From a virus (Duplodnaviria > Caudoviricetes): 63,899 bases of DNA. The stretch is from IMG/VR virus record IMGVR_UViG_3300009506_000024, positions 1 through 63,899 of that record. One strand, 5' to 3'. Positions within the stretch are counted from its first letter, which is position 1; the number at the start of each line of letters is the position of its first letter. The notes beneath the pieces are model-generated. The model was given only the letters and a program-made list of their open reading frames with translations. It did no database searches and was not told the DNA's origin. Both the position numbers and the translations under genes were made by a program. This document shows, piece after piece, positions 55,226 through 63,126 of the stretch.

Positions 55226-55866
55226 GATTGGTAGCAGCGAGGTTCAACATCGAGTCACCCATTGACGGAGTGCAGATGTTGAAGAACATCGAGGAGGCTG
55301 GGCGCATCTGCTACCAGTCGACTCACAAGATCACGGAGGACAGCTACAAAGACTTCGTGAAGAACCTGCTCAAGCGAGGCCACCTTTCCGTGGTCGAGCA
55401 CGAGTACGTTCGCGTCCGGTTCGTCGTGGACCGAGGAGTGACTCACGAGATCGTGCGCCACCGGCTGGCCAGCTACAGCCAGGAGAGCACGCGCTTCTGC
55501 AACTACTCCAAAGAGGTCTTTGGCGAGGAGATTGCTGTCATCGACATCACTCCCTTCATGGATGAGTTGCAGGCGTCCATCTGGGACGAGGCTATGAAGT
55601 CAGCCGAGAAGTACTACTTCATGCTCCTCAAAGCCAAAGCGAAGCCCGAGATCGCCCGGTCGGTGCTGCCCAACAGCCTGAAGACCGAGATCGTGATGAC
55701 TTGCAACCTGCGTGAGTGGATGCACTTCTTCACGATGCGCGCGGCCAGGCCTGCTCATCCGCAGATGAGGCAAGTGGCCTGCCCCCTGCTCCTCGAGTTC
55801 AGGCGTCGCATCCCAGTCCTCTTCGATCAAGTTGGAGACCCCAACTGTGAAGACAGGGGGCTATGA
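55222..55866 (+). CDS. thyX: Flavin-dependent thymidylate synthase
   Basis: GHLSVVEH, RHR..SYSQESTR, ARSVLP and NLREW motifs. Confidence 0.95.
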   Translation: MRLVAARFNIESPIDGVQMLKNIEEAGRICYQSTHKITEDSYKDFVKNLLKRGHLSVVEHEYVRVRFVVDRGVTHEIVRHRLASYSQESTRFCNYSKEVFGEEIAVIDITPFMDELQASIWDEAMKSAEKYYFMLLKAKAKPEIARSVLPNSLKTEIVMTCNLREWMHFFTMRAARPAHPQMRQVACPLLLEFRRRIPVLFDQVGDPNCEDRGL

Positions 55867-56066
55867 TGACTCTTCGGTACGCTATCGACATTCCGAACAG
55901 CCTCGACCCAGAAGACTGTTGGACGAACTACGGCTACTACGAGACTCACGAGGAGGCACTCAAACTCGCACAGCACATGTTTGGGGCTGACGAGGAGGGG
56001 CGCATCCAGATCGTGAATGAGCTGCCTCCCGACGAGGATGAGGACGAATGCGAATCGGACTCATAG
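55863..56066 (+). CDS. Hypothetical protein
   Basis: Operon-coupled ORF. Confidence 0.55.
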   Translation: MMTLRYAIDIPNSLDPEDCWTNYGYYETHEEALKLAQHMFGADEEGRIQIVNELPPDEDEDECESDS

Positions 56067-56527
56067 CCTGTTCGAAAACGAAGTTGGACCACCCGGCGCC
56101 GGCGCAGGATCTCTACACCGGCCCGGTGTTCCAGCTCGCCAAAAAGTGGATCACCAAGCGAGCGCCAGCAGGCGTGCTCAATAGGTGTGATGAGTGGGGC
56201 ATCCTGTCTGCCAGGTACGGTCTAGTGATGCCCGACCAAGTGATTGAGCCCTACGACCTTTGCCTTCGTGACCTTCCCCTTTTGCAGCGGCAACGCTGGG
56301 CGGACATGGTTCACGAGCAGCTCGTGGACAGGTGGAGCGAGCAGGCCATCTATCTCATCCTGGCAGGCGCTGAGTACAGGGCTGCCGTCAAGAACATGCC
56401 CATGGTAGAAGACGTCATCGAGTGCTGGACGCAGTGGCGAATCGACCGTGGGATGACTCGTCGAAGGGCCGCCATCAGCATTGGGGTACTCAAGAAGCTC
56501 TTGAAAGAAGACACGGGGTACTACTGA
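56048..56527 (+). CDS. DUF6884-like protein
   Basis: IACSKTK..PAQDLYTG..F, ILSARYGL, IEPYD and LAG..Y motifs. Confidence 0.7.
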   Translation: MRIGLIACSKTKLDHPAPAQDLYTGPVFQLAKKWITKRAPAGVLNRCDEWGILSARYGLVMPDQVIEPYDLCLRDLPLLQRQRWADMVHEQLVDRWSEQAIYLILAGAEYRAAVKNMPMVEDVIECWTQWRIDRGMTRRRAAISIGVLKKLLKEDTGYY

Positions 56528-56683
56528 TGACGACGAAAGAAGAGTTGATGGCCATCCGGTACGATATTCGAATCGACCGGACTGGCCTTTCACCAGGGCA
56601 CGAGCTCGAGCTCGAGTGTGGACCACCGACTCCGTTCCCGTTGCCCAAGAATCCAACATTTCCATTTCATCCGGAGGAAGCAG

Positions 56684-56935
56684 ATGACTGTAGGAGAGCT
56701 CTTGCAGCAGCTAGAGAACGAGGACCCAGAGAGCCTGGTGGTGATGGCGAAGGACAGTGAGGGCAACAGCTACTCACCCCTGTCCAGCTTTTGGACTGGA
56801 GCGTACAAGGCCGACAGCACTTGGTCCGGAGAGGTGGGCTTCTCTGAGCTCACTCCCGAGCTCGAGGAGGCTGGATACGATGAGGAAGACATCATCGAGG
56901 GAGTGAAGGCTGTCATCCTCTGCCCGACCAACTGA
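56684..56935 (+). CDS. Hypothetical protein
   Basis: GGAGG RBS; MTVGELLQQL..D.EGNSYSPL. Confidence 0.65.
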   Translation: MTVGELLQQLENEDPESLVVMAKDSEGNSYSPLSSFWTGAYKADSTWSGEVGFSELTPELEEAGYDEEDIIEGVKAVILCPTN

Positions 56936-57246
56936 TGACGAAGAAAGTTTCGACCACGGTCTACGTAGACCCCCAGCAGAAAGCAGGCCTGGAGGCTCTG
57001 AAGAATGTCATGGGGGTCTCGGAGGCCGAGCTCATACGACAAGGGATCGACATGGTGATCGAGAAGGAAGAACGCAAAGTTCGAGCCATCAACTGGAAGA
57101 CGTACGAATCCTACGTCGATGACTGGGAGGACCACGGCACTCACTGGGTTGGGTTCCTCACCGACGATCAGGGCAACCGCCACGCAGTGGGGTTCATCAA
57201 CAAGAAGGCAGTGGAGAAGCTGAAGCTACTGAGGGAGCGAAAATGA
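56935..57246 (+). CDS. Ribbon-helix-helix DNA-binding protein
   Basis: KKVSTTVYV.PQQ..L..L....GVSEAELIRQGIDMVI. Confidence 0.75.
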   Translation: MTKKVSTTVYVDPQQKAGLEALKNVMGVSEAELIRQGIDMVIEKEERKVRAINWKTYESYVDDWEDHGTHWVGFLTDDQGNRHAVGFINKKAVEKLKLLRERK

Positions 57247-57449
57247 GACCGCCTATGAGCATCTGGGTGCTTCTCGACCGCTCCAATGGTGGAGCGTGCT
57301 ACGACAAGGAGAGCCACAACTACACGTTTTGGTTTTTCACGAGACAGGCTGCCAGAGACTTTTTGGCAGATCACAACGAGAGGAAGTCCAAGGGGGCTAA
57401 CCTCTCAGATTTGGTTGGGCCGTACCTTTATCGGCTCACCGGAAAGTGA
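57243..57449 (+). CDS. Hypothetical protein
   Basis: ATGA coupling. Confidence 0.55.
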   Translation: MRPPMSIWVLLDRSNGGACYDKESHNYTFWFFTRQAARDFLADHNERKSKGANLSDLVGPYLYRLTGK

Positions 57450-57450
57450 C

Positions 57451-58098
57451 ATGGAGGCAGGAATGGAATGGTACGAATGGGTCATTCTGCTGGCGGGCAT
57501 CAACTGGGGTGCCCCGCTACTGACGTGGGTCTATCCACTCGTGATGTGGCTCATCTTTCGAGACTTCAAGTTCGAAGGCTTCTACGGGCCCTTTGCCAAG
57601 TTCCGGTTGTTGGGGGACGAGAGGGTCTACTGGAACGACCCAGACGATGGCAAGTGCTCAGGAGAGTACATCATTGCGGGGCAGGGGCCTGACGATGGCT
57701 ACTTCCTCAAGAATGAGGCGGGCAGCGAGGTGGAAGTACTGGCCTCCGAGCTCGACTTTATGGAGCCCTGGCACGTCAAGTGGTGGAGAGATTGGGGAGG
57801 CGTCGGCCTCTACTGGTTCATGTGCTACCGAGATCGGCCAGCGAAGTGGGACGACGAGTGGGTAGGCCGAACGGTGGTGCATGAGGGCACGCACAACATT
57901 CAGACGGCAATCTTGGGTCTGATGAAGCTCGTGCTCGACGTCATCTTCATGGTGTTCATCTTCGTGTTCATGCGAAGCAAACACCCCTACCTGGACAACC
58001 CGTTTGAGCGGCAAGCTCGCCGGCGAGCAGGTCAGCAGGTAGATGTTCCCAAGGAGGACTGGCCCCAGGGCCCCAGCGACAGATGGCCATGGTGGTGA
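57451..58098 (+). CDS. Membrane protein with HExxH zincin motif
   Basis: Two hydrophobic helices; VHEGTHNIQ and NPFERQA motifs. Confidence 0.65.
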   Translation: MEAGMEWYEWVILLAGINWGAPLLTWVYPLVMWLIFRDFKFEGFYGPFAKFRLLGDERVYWNDPDDGKCSGEYIIAGQGPDDGYFLKNEAGSEVEVLASELDFMEPWHVKWWRDWGGVGLYWFMCYRDRPAKWDDEWVGRTVVHEGTHNIQTAILGLMKLVLDVIFMVFIFVFMRSKHPYLDNPFERQARRRAGQQVDVPKEDWPQGPSDRWPWW

Positions 58099-58099
58099 G

Positions 58100-58264
58100 A
58101 TGAAGCAAGAGACAGCCGAGAAGTTGGTGAACCACGGTCGTGAATGCGGAAGCAAGGAGTTCATTCGCAAAGACGGCCATGGAGAAGTGTTCTACGTCTG
58201 CTGCAAATGCGGTCTCGTAGAACGGGAGGTCGAAGAGAAACCTGTCAAGAAAGAAGCTGCCTAG
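58100..58264 (+). CDS. Small Zn-ribbon protein
   Basis: ECGS...VCCKCGLV. Confidence 0.5.
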   Translation: MKQETAEKLVNHGRECGSKEFIRKDGHGEVFYVCCKCGLVEREVEEKPVKKEAA

Positions 58265-58300
58265 CAGGCCGTCTCGTGATAGGGCTTTCGACCGAATGTG

Positions 58301-58504
58301 ATGGAAAAGATAAACGGCAAACCGGTCCTCTACAAATGCCCGTACTGCGTGAAGGGGCGATTCACGGAAGATGACGGTTGGGATGTGGCCGTGAAGCATG
58401 TGAGGAGTCATCAGAGTGGAACCCGTCGTCGTACTCGCAAGCGTAGGGACGTGCCTCCTACTATGGAGGATCTGGATCTTCTGGAGGAAGCGTCACTGGG
58501 CTAA
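58301..58504 (+). CDS. Small C2H2 zinc-finger protein
   Basis: YKCPYC...HVRSH with a basic tail. Confidence 0.55.
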   Translation: MEKINGKPVLYKCPYCVKGRFTEDDGWDVAVKHVRSHQSGTRRRTRKRRDVPPTMEDLDLLEEASLG

Positions 58505-58551
58505 AATGAAGAAGAATCAGAGCACTTGGCTGGACTGATGTCCGGCCAGTC

Positions 58552-58579
58552 GAAGGCCCTCTGATGGGGGCCTTCTTTT
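58552..58579 (+). terminator. Intrinsic terminator
   Basis: GAAGGCCCTC-tgat-GGGGGCCTTC followed by TTTT. Confidence 0.65.
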
Positions 58580-58594
58580 AGCCCGGAGGTAGCC

Positions 58595-59125
58595 ATGACC
58601 GACATCGAAGAAAAACCCACTGAGGCTCAGGAAGAGAAGCCGAAGAAAGCGAGCCACCTCCGCAAGCACGGGGGGAACTACGCCAAACTGATTGCAGCCA
58701 TCTCGGCGCTCACCGCCGCAATCAATGGGTACCTCGACCTCGCCAAGAAGAACGAGCTCGTCTACCAAGCCCTGGCTAGCAAAGTGAACCACATGTCCAC
58801 GGAGCTGGCAGAGGTCAGAGGGCAGAACGAGGTCTTGATGATGTTCGTCAAGGCCAAGCTCGGCGCAGAGTCTGACGAGTTCGAAGCCATGGAAGAGGCT
58901 GCCGTAGAGGAAGCTCCTCCTGTGAGCTCGTTGGGAGTGGCCGCCGGGGCAACCCCAGAGGCGGACGTGGCAGTGACGGCTGTAGCAGATGAGGAGCCCC
59001 CAGCGGCTGCTCTTGCAAAGCCCCCAAAGGCCGAGAAGAGGGTAGCGGTGCAAGCGTACCAACAGCTTCCTGACGACCTGGCAGACCTGGTCCAGGTACA
59101 AGAGCAGTTGAAGGCAGCAAAATGA
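58595..59125 (+). CDS. Hypothetical protein (hydrophobic helix + coiled coil)
   Basis: GGAGG RBS; LIAAISALTAAI. Confidence 0.6.
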   Translation: MTDIEEKPTEAQEEKPKKASHLRKHGGNYAKLIAAISALTAAINGYLDLAKKNELVYQALASKVNHMSTELAEVRGQNEVLMMFVKAKLGAESDEFEAMEEAAVEEAPPVSSLGVAAGATPEADVAVTAVADEEPPAAALAKPPKAEKRVAVQAYQQLPDDLADLVQVQEQLKAAK

Positions 59126-59185
59126 CAGAAGAGGAACAGAGGACGATCACCCAGGTCTTTTGGCCTTGGGTGTTGGAGGAAGACC

Positions 59186-59599
59186 ATGGTTCTACCAGCA
59201 GCGGAAGAGGGCCGAAGCCTGACGAAGGAAGACCTGGAGTTGAGCCTCTACACCTACCGAGCGAACGTTCTGAGGGTAGTGGACGGGGACACCATCGATT
59301 TGGACATCGACATGGGTCTCGACACTCACCGTCATGAGCGTATACGCCTTTACGGCATCGACACCCCTGAGACCTATGGGGTCAAGAAAGACTCAGAGGA
59401 GTACCAGGCCGGGATGAGGGCCAAGCAACGAGTGGCTGACCTCATCGCCGCGCGGGAGGTCTGGGTGGAGACCCACAAAGACAAGACCGGGAAGTATGGC
59501 CGGTACCTTGCCACCATCTGGGTCGTGATCGATGATTCCCTGAAGAACGTCAACGAGCTCCTCCTCGAGGAGGGTCTCGCAGAAGCAAGGAGCTACTGA
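59186..59599 (+). CDS. Thermonuclease (SNase-like)
   Basis: RVVDGDT, IRLYGIDTPE, DK.GKYGRYLA and L.EGLA motifs. Confidence 0.9.
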   Translation: MVLPAAEEGRSLTKEDLELSLYTYRANVLRVVDGDTIDLDIDMGLDTHRHERIRLYGIDTPETYGVKKDSEEYQAGMRAKQRVADLIAAREVWVETHKDKTGKYGRYLATIWVVIDDSLKNVNELLLEEGLAEARSY

Positions 59600-59847
59600 T
59601 GGCAAAGCAAGTAGGAGCACCTACCGATTGGCAAAAGCAGGTGATGGAAGCCTTGGCTGAGATGAAGAAGGGAGATCCGACAAAGGCCGTGTTCGGGTTG
59701 TCTCTCCCATCTTCTTGGAAGGGGGAGCTCGCGAAGTACGCCATGAACGGGGATTTGCGGAGGATGTTCCACGTCAAGGCTATCACGTTTGAGGGAGCCA
59801 AGATCTCTCGACTGGAGCCGCCCAAGCAGGTAGAAGCTGAATCATGA
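59599..59847 (+). CDS. Hypothetical protein
   Basis: TGATG coupling. Confidence 0.55.
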   Translation: MAKQVGAPTDWQKQVMEALAEMKKGDPTKAVFGLSLPSSWKGELAKYAMNGDLRRMFHVKAITFEGAKISRLEPPKQVEAES

Positions 59848-61079
59848 GCGAAGACACACCTGAGAAAGGGAGACCAATGACCAACAAGCCTTCAATCAAG
59901 CAGCCGACGATTCTTCGGCCGCCCGACAAGGGTCCAAAGGACAACTCCATCGACCTTCCGGTCATGGACAGCTACGACTACCAGCCCCAAGTTGACGTCC
60001 CCGAAGAGCCGAAGGCCACGGCCCTCGAGGACGAGTTCGAGTGCGCTGTGAAGATGGCGTTTGTGGGTGCTGGCCAAGGTGGGGGCCGTATTGCCCAGGC
60101 CTTCTGGGATCTCGGGTACCGGAAGGTCATCGCAGTGAACACCACGGAGCAAGACCTCGAGCCCCTGGACATGGAAGAGAGCCACAAGCTGCTCATCGGC
60201 AACGACCGTGGCGGTGCCGGCAAAGACCCCGAGCAGGGCAGGCTCGCCGCTGAAGAATCCTTTGAGGACCTGATGGACCTCATGATGCGCAAGTTCGGTG
60301 AGGGCGTGGAAATGCTCTACGTCTGCGTCGGCGCTGGCGGTGGTTCGGGCACTGGGTCGTGGCCTGTGGTAATGAAGGCGCTCCGCGAGTACGCCAAGAG
60401 CACCAACATCGAGAAGCCCATCTACAAGCACTTGGGTGTCATCATGACTCTGCCCAAGCGGTCTGAGGGTTCTCGTGTGCAGAGGAATGCCTTGGCTGCT
60501 GTCGAGCACGCCCTCGACCAGGTGCAGAAGGGCAACATCAGCTCTCTTGTCCTGGTTGACAACGCGCGGATCCACGAACTCTACCCGAGGCTACCAGTCA
60601 AGCAGTTCTGGACGGTAGCCAACCGAAACTTCGCTGGCGTGCTCCACACGTTCAATCTCTTGGCTGCTCGCAACAGTGAGTACAACACCTTCGACCGAGC
60701 GGATCTCCGCTCTGTCATCCAAGAAGGCATCATGATCTTCGGGACCACCACCGTCCACGAATGGATGGGCAAGGAAGACATCTCGAAGGCCGTGCGCCAG
60801 AATCTCAAGGGCACTCTGCTCGCAGAAGGATTTGACCTTGCCCTGGCTACGGTCGCCGGAGCCATTGTTGTGGCCCACGACGACGTGCTGAGCGAGATCC
60901 CGATGGAGAACATCGACTACGCCTTCAACTCTCTGGGTCGGGCCCTCGGCAATGAGGGCGTAACGCTCCACAATGGAATCTATGAAGGGGCGGCTGAGGG
61001 TATGCGGGTCTTCACCATCGTCGGAGGCCTTCACCCACCTCAAGAACGCATTGACGAGCTAAAGGAGTTGACGTCATGA
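59844..61079 (+). CDS. Tubulin/FtsZ-family GTPase (TubZ/PhuZ-like)
   Basis: GAGQGGGRI, NT, GAGKDP, GAGGGSGTG signature, VDN and T7-like FDRAD motifs. Confidence 0.92.
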   Translation: MSEDTPEKGRPMTNKPSIKQPTILRPPDKGPKDNSIDLPVMDSYDYQPQVDVPEEPKATALEDEFECAVKMAFVGAGQGGGRIAQAFWDLGYRKVIAVNTTEQDLEPLDMEESHKLLIGNDRGGAGKDPEQGRLAAEESFEDLMDLMMRKFGEGVEMLYVCVGAGGGSGTGSWPVVMKALREYAKSTNIEKPIYKHLGVIMTLPKRSEGSRVQRNALAAVEHALDQVQKGNISSLVLVDNARIHELYPRLPVKQFWTVANRNFAGVLHTFNLLAARNSEYNTFDRADLRSVIQEGIMIFGTTTVHEWMGKEDISKAVRQNLKGTLLAEGFDLALATVAGAIVVAHDDVLSEIPMENIDYAFNSLGRALGNEGVTLHNGIYEGAAEGMRVFTIVGGLHPPQERIDELKELTS

Positions 61080-61327
61080 AGGCAGGGGTCATCAAAAAGC
61101 AGCTTCCTCCTCCTACGGTGAGGACAGAGCTGGACTTCGAAACTGGAGAGCATCGACAGGTTGAAGAGGACCCATCCTTGTCGTTCCCGTATCGGGTATA
61201 CATGCACGGCAAGGGCCCGCTGTACTTCGAGTCCACCTCTCAGTTTGCTACTGAGGAGGATGCGAAGCGGGCAGCGAAAGAGTTCCTCGAGGATGCCTTG
61301 AAGACGCTCAGTGAGCTGAAGGGGTAA
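61076..61327 (+). CDS. Hypothetical protein
   Basis: AAGGAG RBS, ATGA coupling. Confidence 0.55.
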   Translation: MKAGVIKKQLPPPTVRTELDFETGEHRQVEEDPSLSFPYRVYMHGKGPLYFESTSQFATEEDAKRAAKEFLEDALKTLSELKG

Positions 61328-61487
61328 AGAAGAGCCGAGTTATCGGGCTCCGCACTCTTCTTTAGGGGGTAGGACCCTCTTTCCTCCTCACAACGTTGAA
61401 GCCTTGCTCGCCATTGCCTACTCACCGCGCAGTTCCAGCCCCCGATGGCCTTCCCATTTTGGTGGATAGGGTCAGGCGAGAAGGCGC

Positions 61488-61550
61488 GCAAGCACCCCTT
61501 CTGGGCACTCCGCGTCGTCCTCTCGCCAAGCGCCCAGAAGGGGTGCTTGC
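61488..61550. repeat. Perfect 19-bp inverted repeat with 25-nt loop
   Basis: GCAAGCACCCCTTCTGGGC (61488-61506) / GCCCAGAAGGGGTGCTTGC (61532-61550). Confidence 0.85.
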
Positions 61551-61731
61551 CTGTTCGTAGATCTACTCTCGCATCTTCGTCCTCCCGGAATGGAGTGACA
61601 GGAATGAAGAGCTGGTCAGGCTCTCTGGTCATCTGGGATTTCCCCAGTTCATAAAGACCACTCCTCCTGAATGAAAAGTGTTCCTCTTGCTCCATGTTTC
61701 TTATCCCAGGCGAGGCGCTGGTTTTTCAGTT

Positions 61732-61807
61732 TGGTGCCCGCAGGGGGAGTTGAACCCACCACCGCTCGGTTGAAAGCCGCGCATCCTGACCGTTAGACCA
61801 TGCGGGC
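61732..61807 (-). tRNA. tRNA-Glu(TTC)
   Basis: Cloverleaf, loop CT-TTC-AA, encoded CCA. Confidence 0.88.
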
Positions 61808-61810
61808 GCA

Positions 61811-61886
61811 TGGTGCTCCCGAGGGGAATCGAACCCGCTGCCTCCTGATTGAGAGTCAGGTATCCTGGCCGCTAGACGACGGGAGC
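61811..61886 (-). tRNA. tRNA-Glu(CTC)
   Basis: CCTGA CT-CTC-AA TCAGG, TTCGA, CCA. Confidence 0.93.
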
Positions 61887-62003
61887 GTTGAACGCTCTAC
61901 CGTTCCAAGAAGGCTTGGACTTGGAGAATCACGCGACGGTACCATGGAAGGCACCGATAACTACCTCGACACACGATGTGTTTTCGGCACCAGTCGTTTT
62001 TTG

Positions 62004-62032
62004 TTGACGTCGTCATGATCAATCCGTAGAGT
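62004..62032 (+). promoter_or_regulatory. Sigma70-like promoter of the tRNA operon
   Basis: TTGACG-N17-TAGAGT preceded by a T-tract. Confidence 0.6.
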
Positions 62033-62246
62033 CGAATCAGAGGTTACGCTTTCCATGTTGCGCCGGTCAACCATAATCGTAGCAAGGACCGCCAGAGTGG
62101 CGGGACGCACGATTATGCGTACAGTCAAAGGCGCCTGGAATTTTCGAGATCCCATCGCGGCCTAAAGGTCCTCTGCGATAGGGAGCTCGAGTCCGGACCA
62201 GAATCCACCCAGTCGCTGAGAGACCTTCAGGTCGCAGGCTTGTCAC

Positions 62247-62322
62247 GGTGCGTGACGGAGCTGGTGAACCGGCCTGACTGTCACTCAGGAGTTGGTGGGT
62301 TCGATTCCCATACGCACCGCCA
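62247..62322 (+). tRNA. tRNA-Asp(GTC)
   Basis: CCTGA CT-GTC-AC TCAGG, G73, CCA. Confidence 0.88.
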
Positions 62323-62330
62323 AACACTGG

Positions 62331-62408
62331 CCCCGTGTAGCTCAGTGGATTCAGAGCGGCCGGCTACGAACCGGCAGGTCGTGGGTTCGACTCCCTCCAC
62401 GGGGTCCA
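62331..62408 (+). tRNA. tRNA-Arg(ACG)
   Basis: GCCGG CT-ACG-AA CCGGC, CCA. Confidence 0.93.
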
Positions 62409-62420
62409 ACTCTCGACGGC

Positions 62421-62495
62421 GCCCTCGTAGCTCAGTGGAAGAGCACTACGCTCCGAACGTAGAGGTCGGAGGTTCGAGTCCTCTCGAGGGCTCCA
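62421..62495 (+). tRNA. tRNA-Arg(CCG)
   Basis: CTACG CT-CCG-AA CGTAG, CCA. Confidence 0.93.
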
Positions 62496-62498
62496 TGA

Positions 62499-62573
62499 TG
62501 CGGGATGGCGAAGTGGCAACGCACCTGGCTCATAACCAGGTTACCGCGGGTTCGAGTCCCGCTCCCGCTACCA
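62499..62573 (+). tRNA. tRNA-Met(CAT), initiator-like
   Basis: CCTGG CT-CAT-AA CCAGG; unpaired 1:72 (U:U). Confidence 0.85.
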
Positions 62574-62622
62574 ATCGCCTGGCAGTGCTTGTGCCGGTGG
62601 CCTTGCGCTGCCGGCCAAGCAT

Positions 62623-62699
62623 TCCAGGTGGAGCTCGGATGGATGAGCACCCGACCGATAATCGGGAGGCCACTGGTTCGAATCCAGTCACCTGGACCA
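62623..62699 (+). tRNA. tRNA-Ile(GAT)
   Basis: CCCGA CC-GAT-AA TCGGG (C33), CCA. Confidence 0.85.
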
Positions 62700-62774
62700 A
62701 GCCAGAGGTGGGCGGCGTTGAGCCGAGAGAGCAAGAGCGCCTCGGCTCCGCCGCCCCGATGGGAGTAGAGACGT

Positions 62775-62852
62775 GCCCGGATAGCTCAGCTAGAGGAGAG
62801 CAACGGTCCTACAAACCGAAGGTCGGCGGTTCGATTCCGTCTCTGGGCACCA
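62775..62852 (+). tRNA. tRNA-Val(TAC)
   Basis: Loop CC-TAC-AA (C33), CCA. Confidence 0.85.
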
Positions 62853-62855
62853 TTA

Positions 62856-62930
62856 CCGCCGGTGGGCTAGTGGCTGGTCGTCAGCCTTCCAAGCTGATCT
62901 ACGCGGGTTCGATTCCCGCTCGGCGGTCCA
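62856..62930 (+). tRNA. tRNA-Gly(TCC)
   Basis: TCAGC CT-TCC-AA GCTGA, U73, CCA. Confidence 0.85.
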
Positions 62931-62936
62931 ATCGAG

Positions 62937-63012
62937 AGTCGAGTAGCTCAATGGTAGAGCACTCGCCTTATAAGCGAGCGGTTGGTGAGTTCGAGTCTCC
63001 CCTCGACTACCA
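62937..63012 (+). tRNA. tRNA-Ile(TAT)
   Basis: CTCGC CT-TAT-AA GCGAG, A73, CCA. Confidence 0.88.
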
Positions 63013-63026
63013 CTCGCTCATACCAC

Positions 63027-63103
63027 CGGGCAGTAGCTCAGTGGAGGAGAGCATGCGGCTTCTACCCGCAGTGACGGGGGTTCGAGTCCCTCCTGCCCGG
63101 CCA
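63027..63103 (+). tRNA. tRNA-Arg(TCT)
   Basis: TGCGG CT-TCT-AC CCGCA, CCA. Confidence 0.88.
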
Positions 63104-63126
63104 TCTCGCCGGCAGAGGAGACGTGT

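Noticed and set aside
59844-61079. Cellular ftsZ
   Set aside because: No dcw cluster, a divergent T7 loop, and no FtsZ C-terminal linker or peptide.
61240-61695. Minus-strand 151-aa ORF as a confident gene
   Set aside because: It has an ATAAG-adjacent ATG but no recognisable motif, spans a long palindrome and overlaps a convergent gene. Left unresolved.
62055-62165. tmRNA, because a short ORF ends in ...PIAA*
   Set aside because: No tRNA-Ala-like acceptor or T-arm ends flank it, and the region is too short.
63027-63103. Amber suppressor (CTA) reading of the loop CTTCTAC
   Set aside because: The 5-bp stem centres the 7-nt loop on TCT (Arg).
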